A DNA stretch of 63,156 bases. Source: an uncultured virus (IMG/VR IMGVR_UViG_3300025085_003231) (lineage: Duplodnaviria > Heunggongvirae > Uroviricota > Caudoviricetes). Below the pieces are notes generated by a model, which was given only the letters and a program-made list of their open reading frames with translations, was not told the DNA's origin and did no database searches. This document shows, piece by piece, positions 1-10,202 of the stretch (position 1 is its first letter; every line of letters begins with the position of its first letter). Where the stretch lies: the IMG/VR virus record IMGVR_UViG_3300025085_003231; one strand, given 5' to 3'. The translations under genes and the position numbers were made by a program.

Positions 1-290
1 TCTTCTGATGAACCTTGGCGAACCAGACGGTAACCATACGGATAAGTGGATGCACGACCTCCGAAACGACCTCCCAGAGCCGTGCGCTTACCTGCTGTGT
101 AAAGATTCTGTAATGCGGTTTTGCTAAACATGGTGTCGTTATTAAACAAGGTGGTGTAACCATTGTTAGTCAATAGGGTATCTATCTCTGCCAAAACTAA
201 TCCATTTTGTTGAAGTTCCTTACCTTTGAAACCCTCTAACATCAAATAGGCGTAGATAGCCTCCATGTTATCTCGTGGAATCTCCGTCAT
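1..290 (-). CDS. Hypothetical protein, partial (runs off window start)
   Basis: Hand-translated MTEIPRDNMEAIYAYLMLEGFKGKELQQNG..., open to position 1; AGGAGA SD-like site and TATA-like box (~312-321) upstream. Confidence 0.75.
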   Translation of the reverse strand, partial: MTEIPRDNMEAIYAYLMLEGFKGKELQQNGLVLAEIDTLLTNNGYTTLFNNDTMFSKTALQNLYTAGKRTALGGRFGGRASTYPYGYRLVRQGSSE

Positions 291-337
291 ACTAATTATA
301 TCTCCTTCTCTGATATATAAGTTTTCTCTTATTTGGG

Positions 338-751
338 TTAGATAGACCTGCCTTCGGCTCGTAGTTTCAATATCAATTCTGCACGGAAAAACTGATACAG
401 TCTTTTGAACCAGTGTAGATTACGACGGAAGAACAAACAAACCTGTTTGATTTCGGGGTATCTGGGAGCATATAATTCCAAGGCTTCTAAAAATTCTTCA
501 AAGCCTGAGTTGGCCCACACCAGAACTCCAGCATCAGTAACTTGGCGGAAAAATTCTTCATTGACAATCATGCGGTCAAATAATTCTGAGGCTTCCGATT
601 GGGAGTTGGAATCGGGAACATAATGAGGATTCAAATCTACAAAGCGTTGAGATAATTCCAAATAACTGCGTATAGAGATATTACGAAGCCAATTTAGCCA
701 ATTGATGATTTGTTCGGAGCAATATTTTGCCCACACAGGATTCACAGACAT
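338..751 (-). CDS. Hypothetical protein
   Basis: 137-aa ORF packed with neighbours. Confidence 0.75.
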   Translation of the reverse strand: MSVNPVWAKYCSEQIINWLNWLRNISIRSYLELSQRFVDLNPHYVPDSNSQSEASELFDRMIVNEEFFRQVTDAGVLVWANSGFEEFLEALELYAPRYPEIKQVCLFFRRNLHWFKRLYQFFRAELILKLRAEGRSI

Positions 752-755
752 GAGT

Positions 756-1874
756 TCACGACCCGAAATAATCGTCTGGAACTTCCGTTAAATCAACCGC
801 TTCATAAATTTCTCCTGTTTCACGGTGCCGATAGGTGTTAGATGATTCATCAAATTCTAAATCATCATCGTCAATTTCTTCCAATTCCTCAGATTCTGAG
901 GGAGTTCCTGTGGATGACATTTCTTCTTCAGAGATGCCATAATCTTTCATCAAATCATCTACGGATTGTAAAACTCCGAGAGCAGGTGCTGGTTCAGGAA
1001 TGGTAGCATTAGGTGTGTAAGAAGCGAGAGAATCAGGAGTTTCTAAATCATTAGCGGCAAAATTAACCTTGCTGGTGTTGGCAATCTTCTGTTTTTCAGA
1101 TTGCATGGCCCTCTGGATTTCATCCATGCCACTAAGAACATTGACGGGGGCTCCATTAGAATAATCTGCGGGAGCAACTCCGTTGGTTCGGGATTGACGG
1201 TCATTGGTAATATCATTCATAGAGACTCCTGCTTCTTGGGCTAAGGCTTCTATTCCTGAAATTCCGAAATTGGTTTTCTTAGCCGAGGCAGAATAAGTTC
1301 CTTGCAATCCGCTGAGACCATCGGAATTCTGGGCGTGTTTTGGAACTCCCAATATTTCATCCCAATCCATAGGTCCGTCGGTAAATGGATTAGCGGGGCG
1401 AGGAGTTTGAACCACAGGTTCAGGTTCTGGCTCTTCAGCAGACTCTCCTATCTCGGTTCCAACGAATAAATCGGTGTTAGTTCCTGTGTCTTGGGCTTCA
1501 CGAATGCGGTGTAAAAATGCTTCATCTTCGGCACTCAAATCATTGCGTCGTCCTTGAAAGTATTCGGCTGCGCTTCGGAGAACAGGGGCTACATCAGTCA
1601 AAAATCCGAGCATTCCTGTGGCACGACTGACCGTTGGATTGGTGGAAACAGATTCTCCCACTCCATACTTGTCTAAGAAATTAACCAAGGGAACCAAAAC
1701 TTTTTCTGTCATGTCTCCATCCAGATTAAGTTGCTGGCCTAAAGAATTTAAATCTCCATCAGCCGTGAGCATCTCTACCAAAGATTTGGCTTCGGATTGT
1801 GGAACCGATTGGGTCTGTTTTACAGGTTCTGGTTCTGGCTTAGAACTCCGAATGACATCATCAAAATCAGACAT
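756..1874 (-). CDS. Acidic low-complexity hypothetical protein
   Basis: ~372 aa, PEPEP tracts, D/E-rich C-terminus; ATG at 1874 preferred. Confidence 0.8.
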   Translation of the reverse strand: MSDFDDVIRSSKPEPEPVKQTQSVPQSEAKSLVEMLTADGDLNSLGQQLNLDGDMTEKVLVPLVNFLDKYGVGESVSTNPTVSRATGMLGFLTDVAPVLRSAAEYFQGRRNDLSAEDEAFLHRIREAQDTGTNTDLFVGTEIGESAEEPEPEPVVQTPRPANPFTDGPMDWDEILGVPKHAQNSDGLSGLQGTYSASAKKTNFGISGIEALAQEAGVSMNDITNDRQSRTNGVAPADYSNGAPVNVLSGMDEIQRAMQSEKQKIANTSKVNFAANDLETPDSLASYTPNATIPEPAPALGVLQSVDDLMKDYGISEEEMSSTGTPSESEELEEIDDDDLEFDESSNTYRHRETGEIYEAVDLTEVPDDYFGS

Positions 1875-1899
1875 AATACTCACTTGTGTAGTTTCCTTC

Positions 1900-2391
1900 T
1901 TAAATCTTCTGCTTGAATAAGGCTTCTAAACCGATTTTTAAGGATTCTATCCATGCCATGTGCGGAGCGTTAGAGGAACGAATATCTCCAGATTCAATAG
2001 TTTTGGCCGCATCTCGGAGGGATTTAGCCAACAAATTCTGAATAAATTGTTGTTCATTCTCGGCACCTTGGGATGCTCCTTCAATAAAATTACAAATATC
2101 GTCGGTTAGTTTTCGTAACTCTCGTTCTTTAGCCGAAGTTTTCAGTTTCAATACTTCCCAGATAAAATCTGATTTCGCCATGAGTTGGACTCTTTCTTGC
2201 AATGTTCCGTTGGAGTCCAAAATTTCTACCAATGCAAAGAATGATTTTTGAAGTGTTTCTGACTGTTGAGCATCAGTGATGCCTAATTGACTGACAAAAT
2301 CCTCAAAATGCTGAGTCAAAGCGGCTTGCTTTTCTCTCTCTAACAACCGTTTATAGGTGTTAAGCATAGTTTTCATAGATTCTAAGTCCAA
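1900..2391 (-). CDS. Helical hypothetical protein
   Basis: 163-aa ORF in operon. Confidence 0.7.
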   Translation of the reverse strand: MDLESMKTMLNTYKRLLEREKQAALTQHFEDFVSQLGITDAQQSETLQKSFFALVEILDSNGTLQERVQLMAKSDFIWEVLKLKTSAKERELRKLTDDICNFIEGASQGAENEQQFIQNLLAKSLRDAAKTIESGDIRSSNAPHMAWIESLKIGLEALFKQKI

Positions 2392-2400
2392 AGAATCGCC

Positions 2401-3192
2401 TCAGTATTGTGGTCCATTGTTAGAATTGAATGATTCCAAGAACCAGTTATCCCATTGTTTCCTGCCTTGCGGTTGTCGTGGTTTTTGTTGTTGGGAATCT
2501 TTTTCTGCTCTTTTGTTTTCACGAGATTCGGCTCGCTTGATAGCAGATTCCGCTTCGTTAAGTTGTTTCTCAATTTGTCCAATTTGGGAATTGATGGCAT
2601 CCATTTTAGATTTGTAATAATACATGGTTCCAACCACACCGACTAACATTCCGCCAACGAATCCGACAGCCATGTTGCCTTTACCAACAGCAAATCCCGC
2701 TGAAGCGAGAGGTGAGGCAGTATTTTGCGCTTGCTTAACCACTGGGGGTTCAGTGGATGAAGTTTCGCCTCCTAATCCTCGTCGGGCAATTTCAGAGTGG
2801 ATGCTGGTTAAATCAGTCTTGAATTTAGAAAACTCTTCAGCAGACTTAATATCTGAGTCGGCCATGGAGCCCATCAAATCCATAATCTCTGAATCGGATA
2901 AATCCCCTAATTTAATGTTTTTCTTAACTGAAATCTCTTCGGCAGCGAAAACACGGTTATCTTCCGTAGCCATCCATGAAGCGGAAACTTTGGGCTCTTC
3001 AATAATACAGTCTGTAATCTTGCGGAATCCTCTGATTCCTTTACCTCGTTGTCCCAAAATGTATTTTCCTGGGCCTGTTTGGTGAGCAAAAGAGACAAAA
3101 TCACCAATAGAAATCTCATCATCTGAAACAAGAACATCTTGAGTTCCAGAGTTCTTAACTCCTTTTTGGTAACGGCGAATAAACCAGACCAT
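2401..3192 (-). CDS. Membrane protein with one TM helix and C-terminal coiled coil
   Basis: TM-like MAVGFVGGMLVGVVGTMYYY then heptad-like helix; internal VFAAE motif; promoter 20 nt upstream. Confidence 0.8.
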   Translation of the reverse strand: MVWFIRRYQKGVKNSGTQDVLVSDDEISIGDFVSFAHQTGPGKYILGQRGKGIRGFRKITDCIIEEPKVSASWMATEDNRVFAAEEISVKKNIKLGDLSDSEIMDLMGSMADSDIKSAEEFSKFKTDLTSIHSEIARRGLGGETSSTEPPVVKQAQNTASPLASAGFAVGKGNMAVGFVGGMLVGVVGTMYYYKSKMDAINSQIGQIEKQLNEAESAIKRAESRENKRAEKDSQQQKPRQPQGRKQWDNWFLESFNSNNGPQY

Positions 3193-3277
3193 AATATTCT
3201 TTGTGCGGTCTTGTTATATGAATCTTTTGGATGATTGGGTCCGAATCGTATCCCAAACATCCGATAATCTAAAGTTC

Positions 3278-3742
3278 TTAACTCCAGAGTTGAGCCAGAT
3301 TTTCGTAACAGGAATTTATGGTCTCAGGATTTGGATTAGCAACTTCGGGCATCATGGATTCCAAGGATTCAATCGTTCGGAAAATTTGCCTCCATTTGAG
3401 TTCTCGCATCTTGTCATAAATGCCTCGTTCTTCGGCACGGTCTTCGTATCCTTTTTGAACCAAATACTTTTCCAAGGCCAAGACATCCAACCTCCATCGG
3501 ATTCCTCCTTTTCGGTCTTTGGCTTGAGCGTGTCGGAAACAAGGTCGGTTACGCAAAATACCCACTACTTCACGAGAGGTATAACGGCGAGGTTTGTAAT
3601 CTACCATGTAAGATGAAATTTGTGTGGAATAGCCATAGCCTTCGTGTTCTAACAAATAATCTACTATGTCTAAAACCAGTGTTTCCGTAAGTGGAAGGGG
3701 TCGTCTTTTAGAACGAGGTTTTTCTTCGGGAACTTCACTCAT
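3278..3742 (-). CDS. Putative winged-HTH DNA-binding protein
   Basis: IVDYL..STQISSYM..TSREVVGILR..WRL pattern; ATG 3742 coupled to upstream micro-ORF. Confidence 0.55.
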   Translation of the reverse strand: MSEVPEEKPRSKRRPLPLTETLVLDIVDYLLEHEGYGYSTQISSYMVDYKPRRYTSREVVGILRNRPCFRHAQAKDRKGGIRWRLDVLALEKYLVQKGYEDRAEERGIYDKMRELKWRQIFRTIESLESMMPEVANPNPETINSCYENLAQLWS

Positions 3743-3857
3743 CCTTTTTGCCCCCGTGTTGGTTGAAATCCTTTCTATTTCCACACTCAGGGCATTTAAG
3801 GGGACGATATGTGCGTGTCATAAAATGACCGCAATTCGCACATGACCATCCATCCAA
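3735..3857 (-). CDS. Rubredoxin-like Zn-ribbon micro-protein (40 aa)
   Basis: Hand-translated MDGWSCANCGHFMTRTYRPLKCPECGNRKDF; TTG start after GGAGTGA. Confidence 0.65.
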   Translation of the reverse strand: MDGWSCANCGHFMTRTYRPLKCPECGNRKDFNQHGGKKDE

Positions 3858-3860
3858 AGG

Positions 3861-4289
3861 TCACTCCTCCGAATCTTTGCCGTAAATAACAGGGACATCC
3901 ATAGGTTCATCAGGCAAATCAAGAGCATTACGAACCATGTTGGCTTTGTCTTTATCATATTCTTCACGGGCTTCTTCTAAAGTTAGACCTCGTGCTTTAC
4001 AATCCATGATGTATTGTTTCTTGTTTTGTTCAAAACTCATGAGTGCTATAATGTTAGCGATTGAATCATCAACTTGTTTGTCCTCTTCGGAGGCAGGTCG
4101 TGAAAACAACTCATCAACTTCCCTTCGGAGAGCAGCGTGGGTAGCCCCGCCACCCACAGGAACGAATTCTTCTATATCATCGTCTCGGACTGCACCAATA
4201 GCACCCTCCGAAATTCTTTCAATCATTTCTTCGGCTTGGCTACGGGTAACTGGAAAACCTGCTCTTTCCCAATATCTGACTTCGGACAT
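3861..4289 (-). CDS. Hypothetical protein
   Basis: 142-aa ORF with promoter at 4310. Confidence 0.75.
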   Translation of the reverse strand: MSEVRYWERAGFPVTRSQAEEMIERISEGAIGAVRDDDIEEFVPVGGGATHAALRREVDELFSRPASEEDKQVDDSIANIIALMSFEQNKKQYIMDCKARGLTLEEAREEYDKDKANMVRNALDLPDEPMDVPVIYGKDSEE

Positions 4290-4305
4290 AATCTATATTA
4301 CTGTC

Positions 4306-4485
4306 TTATCCTATTTGAATGTTCTGTTTAACTGAATGCACTTGCCGCCTTAAATATATGGCTTTAGCAATTTCCTTAGCATCCGTATTGAGTTTGCCTG
4401 AAATGTAAAATGAGTAGCCTTGGGACTGACGAATTTCAATAATGTGCCTGAAATCATAGACCCATGAGGGAATATCAACGCTCAT
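4306..4485 (-). CDS. Small hypothetical protein
   Basis: MSVDIPSW..., overlaps stop of upstream gene. Confidence 0.55.
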   Translation of the reverse strand: MSVDIPSWVYDFRHIIEIRQSQGYSFYISGKLNTDAKEIAKAIYLRRQVHSVKQNIQIG

Positions 4486-4849
4486 ACAATATCCACCCAC
4501 CTGCTAAGTTTTGATTTTTAGCAGAAAATAGTCTACCTGTGCGATACCCGTTTTTAGAACGGACTGAATCGGAGATGAGTCGTCCCCGACATTCCAATCC
4601 CCATGGTGGGGCAGAAAACTCCGTTCTTATCCGAAAAGTTTCGGATTCAGTAAAATCAACGGGAGTGACTTGCATAGTTCCTGTGGAGGCATCCCATTTT
4701 AATTCTGCAATAACCAAATGCAATCCTGTGCCTGATGATGAAATACGATACCAGACTCGTAGTGGATAACGAGCCGCTAATTCATTGATGGCGGTTTCAA
4801 CTATTGGGTCGGTAATGGAAACATCATCCCAATCAAATGTCAGCCACAT
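4475..4849 (-). CDS. Minimal AEP (primase-polymerase)-like protein
   Basis: hhDhD motif (LTFDWD) and SSSGTGLH motif like AEP motifs I/II. Confidence 0.5.
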   Translation of the reverse strand: MWLTFDWDDVSITDPIVETAINELAARYPLRVWYRISSSGTGLHLVIAELKWDASTGTMQVTPVDFTESETFRIRTEFSAPPWGLECRGRLISDSVRSKNGYRTGRLFSAKNQNLAGGWILYER

Positions 4850-4891
4850 AGAAAATCTATGCTGCTACTTTCTATTTAAGCATTCACAATC

Positions 4892-5500
4892 TCAAAAAGA
4901 TTGTTGTGAACTTGATGATGGGTCAGTAAGACAAAACCCTGACATATCTGGCTTGTAAGAAAATGGGGTGTAGTTGGGGTCAGTTTCAGCCTCATTGGTT
5001 TCAGTGGTTTCAAAAACCCACTCATAATCGGCGGAAATTGGATTCGGAGGTGTGGTAGCGTCTTGAGCCACAGTTTCATAGTCGGTAATCCAAGTGTCGT
5101 GGTCCAGCGTATCATCACTACGATACTTTTGTTGTGTGGCCGCAGGTTGGCTTCGTAGACATCGTCCATCCTGTGCTTGACGGGAAGAACCTTCAACGGC
5201 CTTGCACATCAATTCACTAATGACAATATCTTGAGATTCGTCGGAAACATCAACTGCTTCACCGTCGGCATCATAAACATAGACACCACCAACCAAAACA
5301 GCATTGTTAGTAGGTGCTTCAGTGGTAGAAAGTGCTACACAGGAATTTTCATCATCTGGGTCAGCATAATATCCTTCCATACAGGTGCATTCTCCATCAA
5401 CACGCTCCATGTTGGAGTCTGGGCAATGGATTTTGGTATAGTAGTATCCCATTCCGAGTCCAATGACTCCGATGGTGGCTATCAATGGTGTAGCGTTCAT
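4892..5500 (-). CDS. N-terminally anchored Cys-rich (EGF-like) protein
   Basis: N-terminal TM; CPDSNMERVDGECTCMEGYY..C. Confidence 0.7.
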   Translation of the reverse strand: MNATPLIATIGVIGLGMGYYYTKIHCPDSNMERVDGECTCMEGYYADPDDENSCVALSTTEAPTNNAVLVGGVYVYDADGEAVDVSDESQDIVISELMCKAVEGSSRQAQDGRCLRSQPAATQQKYRSDDTLDHDTWITDYETVAQDATTPPNPISADYEWVFETTETNEAETDPNYTPFSYKPDMSGFCLTDPSSSSQQSF

Positions 5501-5508
5501 ACTATTAT

Positions 5509-5652
5509 CTAATCGTTTTCGCTATTTAAGTTTTGCGAAACAAACCTGGTAATAACTGGATTACGGATGGCAATAAACCACCAAACAAAATAGAGGCTTG
5601 CTAAGGATAATGAGGTCAGCCAAGCCAAAATAAACCAAATAATCAGTTCCAA
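5509..5652 (-). CDS. Small membrane protein (47 aa)
   Basis: Hand-translated MELIIWFILAWLTSLSLASLYFVWWFIAIR; TTG start after GGAGTG, overlapping ArsA stop. Confidence 0.55.
   Translation of the reverse strand: MELIIWFILAWLTSLSLASLYFVWWFIAIRNPVITRFVSQNLNSEND
5521..5529 (-). promoter_or_regulatory. TATA box, TAGC class (representative)
   Basis: TTAAATAGC 20 nt before ATG; same class at 6851, 10186, 10706, 16951, 19929, 23832, 25796, 35512, 49059. Confidence 0.85.
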
Positions 5653-6830
5653 CTTAGTTTCACTCCTGCGGAGACTTTACGACGAGTGGGTTTTCCTGCT
5701 TCGGCGGGAAGTGGGACTTGATAATGTGGTGAACTGCCTCCCATGTTAAAGTCCTCCCAACGATACAAAGACTCTTGCTCATTGATTTTCCACTTGGCTG
5801 AGTCCAAAAATGGCACAGAGACGGTGACTGACTTGTCGCCAATTATCAATGATTTTTTGGGAGCAAAGGAGATTCCTTTAGCATTCCACAGAATTTTAGC
5901 ATAATCAATCAACTTGGCACCACGAGGTTCATACGGCAAACGAGATACGCCTACTAATCGGATATTGTGAGTGCCACAGATTTCTTGATATTTGACCAGA
6001 TATGGTTGCTGGATGTCGTATTCACACTTGATTAACTGGGTTGCTGGATTGGGATTATCTCCTTCAGCGGCTTCCCAAGTGCTGGGTCCGAAATTAGGGA
6101 TGATATTATTTACCACTATGTTGTGAACCTTGATTTTCTGAGACTCCAAGAATCGGATAGTTCGGTAACACTCTTGAAGTCCTGCCTCCGAAGCAATAGA
6201 TACCAAATTAACACTGACCCACTCGCTACGAAGTAAGGCTTTGAGACGGTCTATTTTATCACAAACCTCTTCCAATAAATTGGCTAATTTTTCTGCGGTT
6301 TTGTCACGGCGGAACAAAACGCCTTTGAAATTCTCAATCTTGGCTTTCATACGCAAAATCTTGAGCAAAAAGGTTTTGATATAATCTGGGGCTGTTAAAG
6401 CACGAAGCGTGTGTCCTGTGGGTGCGGTATCAAATACCACTACATCATAGTCACAAGATTGGGTTAATCGCAGAATCTCTTCTAAAGCAAAGTATTCGTC
6501 CATTCCTGGAAATCCTGCCATGTCAGAAAACAGTTCGGAATCCAAACCTGGCAACATTTTGGAGAATGTCTCAGCAGTGGCTTGATTCAAGGTATCTGTA
6601 AAATTAAGAGCCATGCGTTCTGCATCTATGTTTTTAGCCCAAAAATTGGGTCCGATTTGAACTTCAGTCGGACCGACGGCCACGCCTAATGTGTCATCAG
6701 TGCTATGGGCTGGGTCAGAAGATACCAGAATTGTTCGGTAGCCTTGAGAGGCTAAATGTTGGGCTGATGCAGCGGAAACGGTGGATTTGCCGACACCGCC
6801 CTTGCCTGTATATAGTAACAGTTGAGCCAT
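5643..6830 (-). CDS. ArsA/Get3(TRC40)-family ATPase, single domain, with C-terminal extension
   Basis: GKGGVGKST, SSDPAHS, PGMDE and DTAPTGH motifs. Confidence 0.92.
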   Translation of the reverse strand: MAQLLLYTGKGGVGKSTVSAASAQHLASQGYRTILVSSDPAHSTDDTLGVAVGPTEVQIGPNFWAKNIDAERMALNFTDTLNQATAETFSKMLPGLDSELFSDMAGFPGMDEYFALEEILRLTQSCDYDVVVFDTAPTGHTLRALTAPDYIKTFLLKILRMKAKIENFKGVLFRRDKTAEKLANLLEEVCDKIDRLKALLRSEWVSVNLVSIASEAGLQECYRTIRFLESQKIKVHNIVVNNIIPNFGPSTWEAAEGDNPNPATQLIKCEYDIQQPYLVKYQEICGTHNIRLVGVSRLPYEPRGAKLIDYAKILWNAKGISFAPKKSLIIGDKSVTVSVPFLDSAKWKINEQESLYRWEDFNMGGSSPHYQVPLPAEAGKPTRRKVSAGVKLSWN

Positions 6831-6865
6831 ACTTTGGCTTTATCATTGTTGCTATTTGAATCTTC

Positions 6866-7279
6866 TTAAGCCCATTTCATAACGAAATCATCTGACAAAA
6901 CCTTGGTATCGTCAGCAATAATCCAGTTTTCAATAAAGTCTCCTCGGATAATAACTGTGTAAAAAGTCCCGTAAATTACTGAGGCTAATTCTGCTGGGTA
7001 AAAACTGGCGGACAATGAAAACAACAAAACTCGGTCATCTTCATAGGCACTATCCTCAATTTTTATATTGATGCCTTCGCCAATATATGGCCCTGAGTAG
7101 ATAACTTCCGAATCCATACAGACAAAGATGTGAAAATAGTCTGCATATTGGGTTTCTTCAGGGGCAATCAAAATTTCTGTGAGTTGGACTCCCGCAGGTA
7201 TTTTTGCAGAGGTCATAACCAACAGGTCTTCGGTTGAACTAACGGTCATGCGGCGTTCGTATTCTGACATGGTTCTCAT
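6866..7279 (-). CDS. Beta-rich hypothetical protein (possibly structural)
   Basis: ORF; start 7279 chosen from promoter spacing. Confidence 0.65.
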   Translation of the reverse strand: MRTMSEYERRMTVSSTEDLLVMTSAKIPAGVQLTEILIAPEETQYADYFHIFVCMDSEVIYSGPYIGEGINIKIEDSAYEDDRVLLFSLSASFYPAELASVIYGTFYTVIIRGDFIENWIIADDTKVLSDDFVMKWA

Positions 7280-7324
7280 GTATAATTTCATTTATTTACT
7301 ATTTAAGTTTTTAGCCTTCCTGCA

Positions 7325-10165
7325 TCACGATTTGTCGGATTCTTCTGTTTCTGGGTCTTCATTTTCCTTTTTTCGGCGTTCTAATGGTGTTTCTTTTCTG
7401 GGAACTGAACTACCATACAAAGTTTCATCTTCTAACCATTGAGCATCCGAAGCAATTTGTCGTTTCAGTTGAGAATCTTGGTCGGGGAATGCACTCATGT
7501 TTTTCAGATTCCTCTCTATGAAGTCATCTTCTATGAAATCATGATTAGAAACCACAAATTCTCCGTCCAGAATTTCCTCTAATCCGTTAGCAATAGCAGA
7601 TTGTTGCTTACGACGACGGCGTAATCTTCCTTGTCGCTCTTTGTCAATCAACATTTTACGATATTCGGCTTGTTGAGCATCAATCCAGGCTTCAACTTCT
7701 TCATTACTCATGTTCAAAACATCGCCATTAAGGATTTTTCGCTTATACCATTCCACATTTTCTACGGTTACACGAAGTCCCAATTCTTGGATAACCACGG
7801 CAACCAACGAATCAATGTTATCGTATAACAGATAATCAATCCAGACTCGTGCCGTTCTTCCTGTGGAACCTTGAAGTTCAAAAGATTGGAATCCTCTCAC
7901 AGTTGCTATCGTGCCAAGAGGTGTTTCCCAAGGCAGGTCAAGAGATTGAATGGCTCTTTGGCCTAATTGAGTGGTGTCTACGGCTCCACCAAAGAAGCAT
8001 AGTCCATCTAAAAACGGAGTCATGTTACGAGGCGTGTAAAAGGCAGATTTAGTGTTGGAATCAACACCAGGAAACTGGTCGGTCTGGTCAAGATAAGCAA
8101 TTTGGGTGGCTGGTTGTCGGTCAAAAGCAGAATTGCAACTCATTACTGTGCCTCCTGTGGAGTCTGCATAAGTAAAAACCCACTGGTCACGGTCAGCATC
8201 CCATCCTCCCGAAACAGGAATTCGGGTCGTAGAATTGCGGTTCACTTCAATATCGGCATTCATGGTGGCTCCAAAATTGAAAATATCAGGTCCTGCTGCT
8301 GTATCTACCACCCATTTATTTGCGATAACATTTCCCGACATTTGCACAGTGCCGAAATCATACATAATGACTTGCGGGCCATTTGCTGAACGATACCCTA
8401 AAAATCCATAAGCGATGTTAGCGGGCTCTCCTGTGAAGGCGGGTTCATTAGAGGCACCATACTGAATAACATTGGGAGTTTGAAGGCCGCAATAATAACT
8501 TATTGGCTCGGGAGATTGTCCTTGTAATGTCGGGTCAGAACTAAGACGACGCTCCAAATTTTTATCTGGTATGGCTCGCAAAATCTTGATACCAACATCT
8601 CCTTCTTCCTGTTGAAATTCAATTTCTATTAAATCTTTAGCAATTGCTTCCTGTTCCTGCGTAAATGTTTTTTGTTGAATTGCTTTGGCATACCATTTAT
8701 CAGGCAGAGTGATACCTGCTGCTGTTTCTATGCCACCACCCTTGACTCCAAAAGGCCAAATACCCAATCCCTGAGTCGGAGGTGTCACGAAAACTGTGGT
8801 AAGTGAATCAAAAACATAGAAAAAGTTGGCAGCGTAAATTTCTCCATTAGTTGAGGCACCGTGCGTAACACGGTCTACGGCAAGCAATACTTGGAGCGTA
8901 GCAGGGTCTTGGGTTCCATCTTGTTCAGAAAAACTGGGTGTGATAGCAGTGCCATAAGCACCGTTAAGATTATAGGCAGGAACTGATGCGTCTATCATCC
9001 AGTTCAGATTCCCCAGTGCAAAAGTCATTACACCGTTAGCAAAAGGCCCGCTTTCTCGTAAGTAATCCCAGCCTGAGAAAAATGGTGTGGTGATGCTGAC
9101 TGAACCTGCACCATCTCCATAGGCTACTTCTCCTGTAAAAACACCGAAATTGATGGTGGCATCATAAGGAATTGGGGCAACATTGAGGCAAGAAACATCA
9201 TGAACTCGGGTAGGGTAATATCCATTATTGAGTGTGGTGATGTCCACTTGGGTGAAGGTAACAGTGGAAGTATTTGATGACTTGCAAATACTGGATATAT
9301 CCAGTTTTCTTGCTGGGGCGCATAATTGAGACGGTAATCCTGTTCCGATATTGGTGGAACCATTGATGGAAACGGTAGAGGATTCATTACGAATAAACTG
9401 AATATCGTATGCTTTGAAGGTGTTCGTGGGGAGTGTTTCTGAATATTCAATTTCGGGAGAGACAATCTCAAATATGAGGGTGCTGAACCACGCTGAATAA
9501 TCTTGTCCTGTTAGTCCACCCTCTACTGCGGTGTTAATGCGACTATGACCTCCGACAACTAAATTAAATTGCTGGATACCTTCATTGACTCTTTTAGCAC
9601 TATCTAAGCCATAAACTCCTGGTGTGGAATCGCTGGAAATCCCTGTGAGTCCTGGGTCGCACTCATAAGGCATACGACATAGGTAAGTCCAATATTCATT
9701 CCGCCTGTTAAATGGTTGGTCAATAATAAATCCGTTGCTATCATAACCAGGATTCAACCAATACTTGTCAGAAAATATGGGCGGTTCCCCTCCTGGGTTT
9801 TGTTCTTGAAAATAGTGGGCATCCACAAATCCTAAGTTGTGTGCTCTGATTATGGTAATAAAACCATCCCACGCCCATGCTCCTGCTCCTCCGTTCAAAT
9901 CACTGAAAAATGCCCGATAACTACCGACCACAATATAATGGTCTTGACAATAAGTGGTGTTACGAATAATGATGTCAAATTCAGAAAAATCTGCATCACT
10001 AAATTGAGGGATGACGATGTCTCCCGCAGGTTTAGTAGAACTCTGACCTTGTCGGTTGCTGTCTGCTGCGAATTTCCATAGTTGTCTATCTCCATCGCTC
10101 AATATGTATCCCCAATCAGTGAGGCTCTTTAGGGCTTCTACATTTAGATTGTATGCTAACCCCAT
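7325..10165 (-). CDS. Large beta-rich protein (possible virion spike/surface protein)
   Basis: 946 aa, G/T/S/aromatic-rich body, charged helical C-terminus; function inferred. Confidence 0.75.
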   Translation of the reverse strand: MGLAYNLNVEALKSLTDWGYILSDGDRQLWKFAADSNRQGQSSTKPAGDIVIPQFSDADFSEFDIIIRNTTYCQDHYIVVGSYRAFFSDLNGGAGAWAWDGFITIIRAHNLGFVDAHYFQEQNPGGEPPIFSDKYWLNPGYDSNGFIIDQPFNRRNEYWTYLCRMPYECDPGLTGISSDSTPGVYGLDSAKRVNEGIQQFNLVVGGHSRINTAVEGGLTGQDYSAWFSTLIFEIVSPEIEYSETLPTNTFKAYDIQFIRNESSTVSINGSTNIGTGLPSQLCAPARKLDISSICKSSNTSTVTFTQVDITTLNNGYYPTRVHDVSCLNVAPIPYDATINFGVFTGEVAYGDGAGSVSITTPFFSGWDYLRESGPFANGVMTFALGNLNWMIDASVPAYNLNGAYGTAITPSFSEQDGTQDPATLQVLLAVDRVTHGASTNGEIYAANFFYVFDSLTTVFVTPPTQGLGIWPFGVKGGGIETAAGITLPDKWYAKAIQQKTFTQEQEAIAKDLIEIEFQQEEGDVGIKILRAIPDKNLERRLSSDPTLQGQSPEPISYYCGLQTPNVIQYGASNEPAFTGEPANIAYGFLGYRSANGPQVIMYDFGTVQMSGNVIANKWVVDTAAGPDIFNFGATMNADIEVNRNSTTRIPVSGGWDADRDQWVFTYADSTGGTVMSCNSAFDRQPATQIAYLDQTDQFPGVDSNTKSAFYTPRNMTPFLDGLCFFGGAVDTTQLGQRAIQSLDLPWETPLGTIATVRGFQSFELQGSTGRTARVWIDYLLYDNIDSLVAVVIQELGLRVTVENVEWYKRKILNGDVLNMSNEEVEAWIDAQQAEYRKMLIDKERQGRLRRRRKQQSAIANGLEEILDGEFVVSNHDFIEDDFIERNLKNMSAFPDQDSQLKRQIASDAQWLEDETLYGSSVPRKETPLERRKKENEDPETEESDKS

Positions 10166-10202
10166 ACCTTATTTTAGGGTATGCTGCTATTTCAATCTTC
10201 GC

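Noticed and set aside
5643..6830. Arsenic-resistance operon
   Set aside because: No arsB/acr3/arsC/arsR nearby; single-domain ATPase
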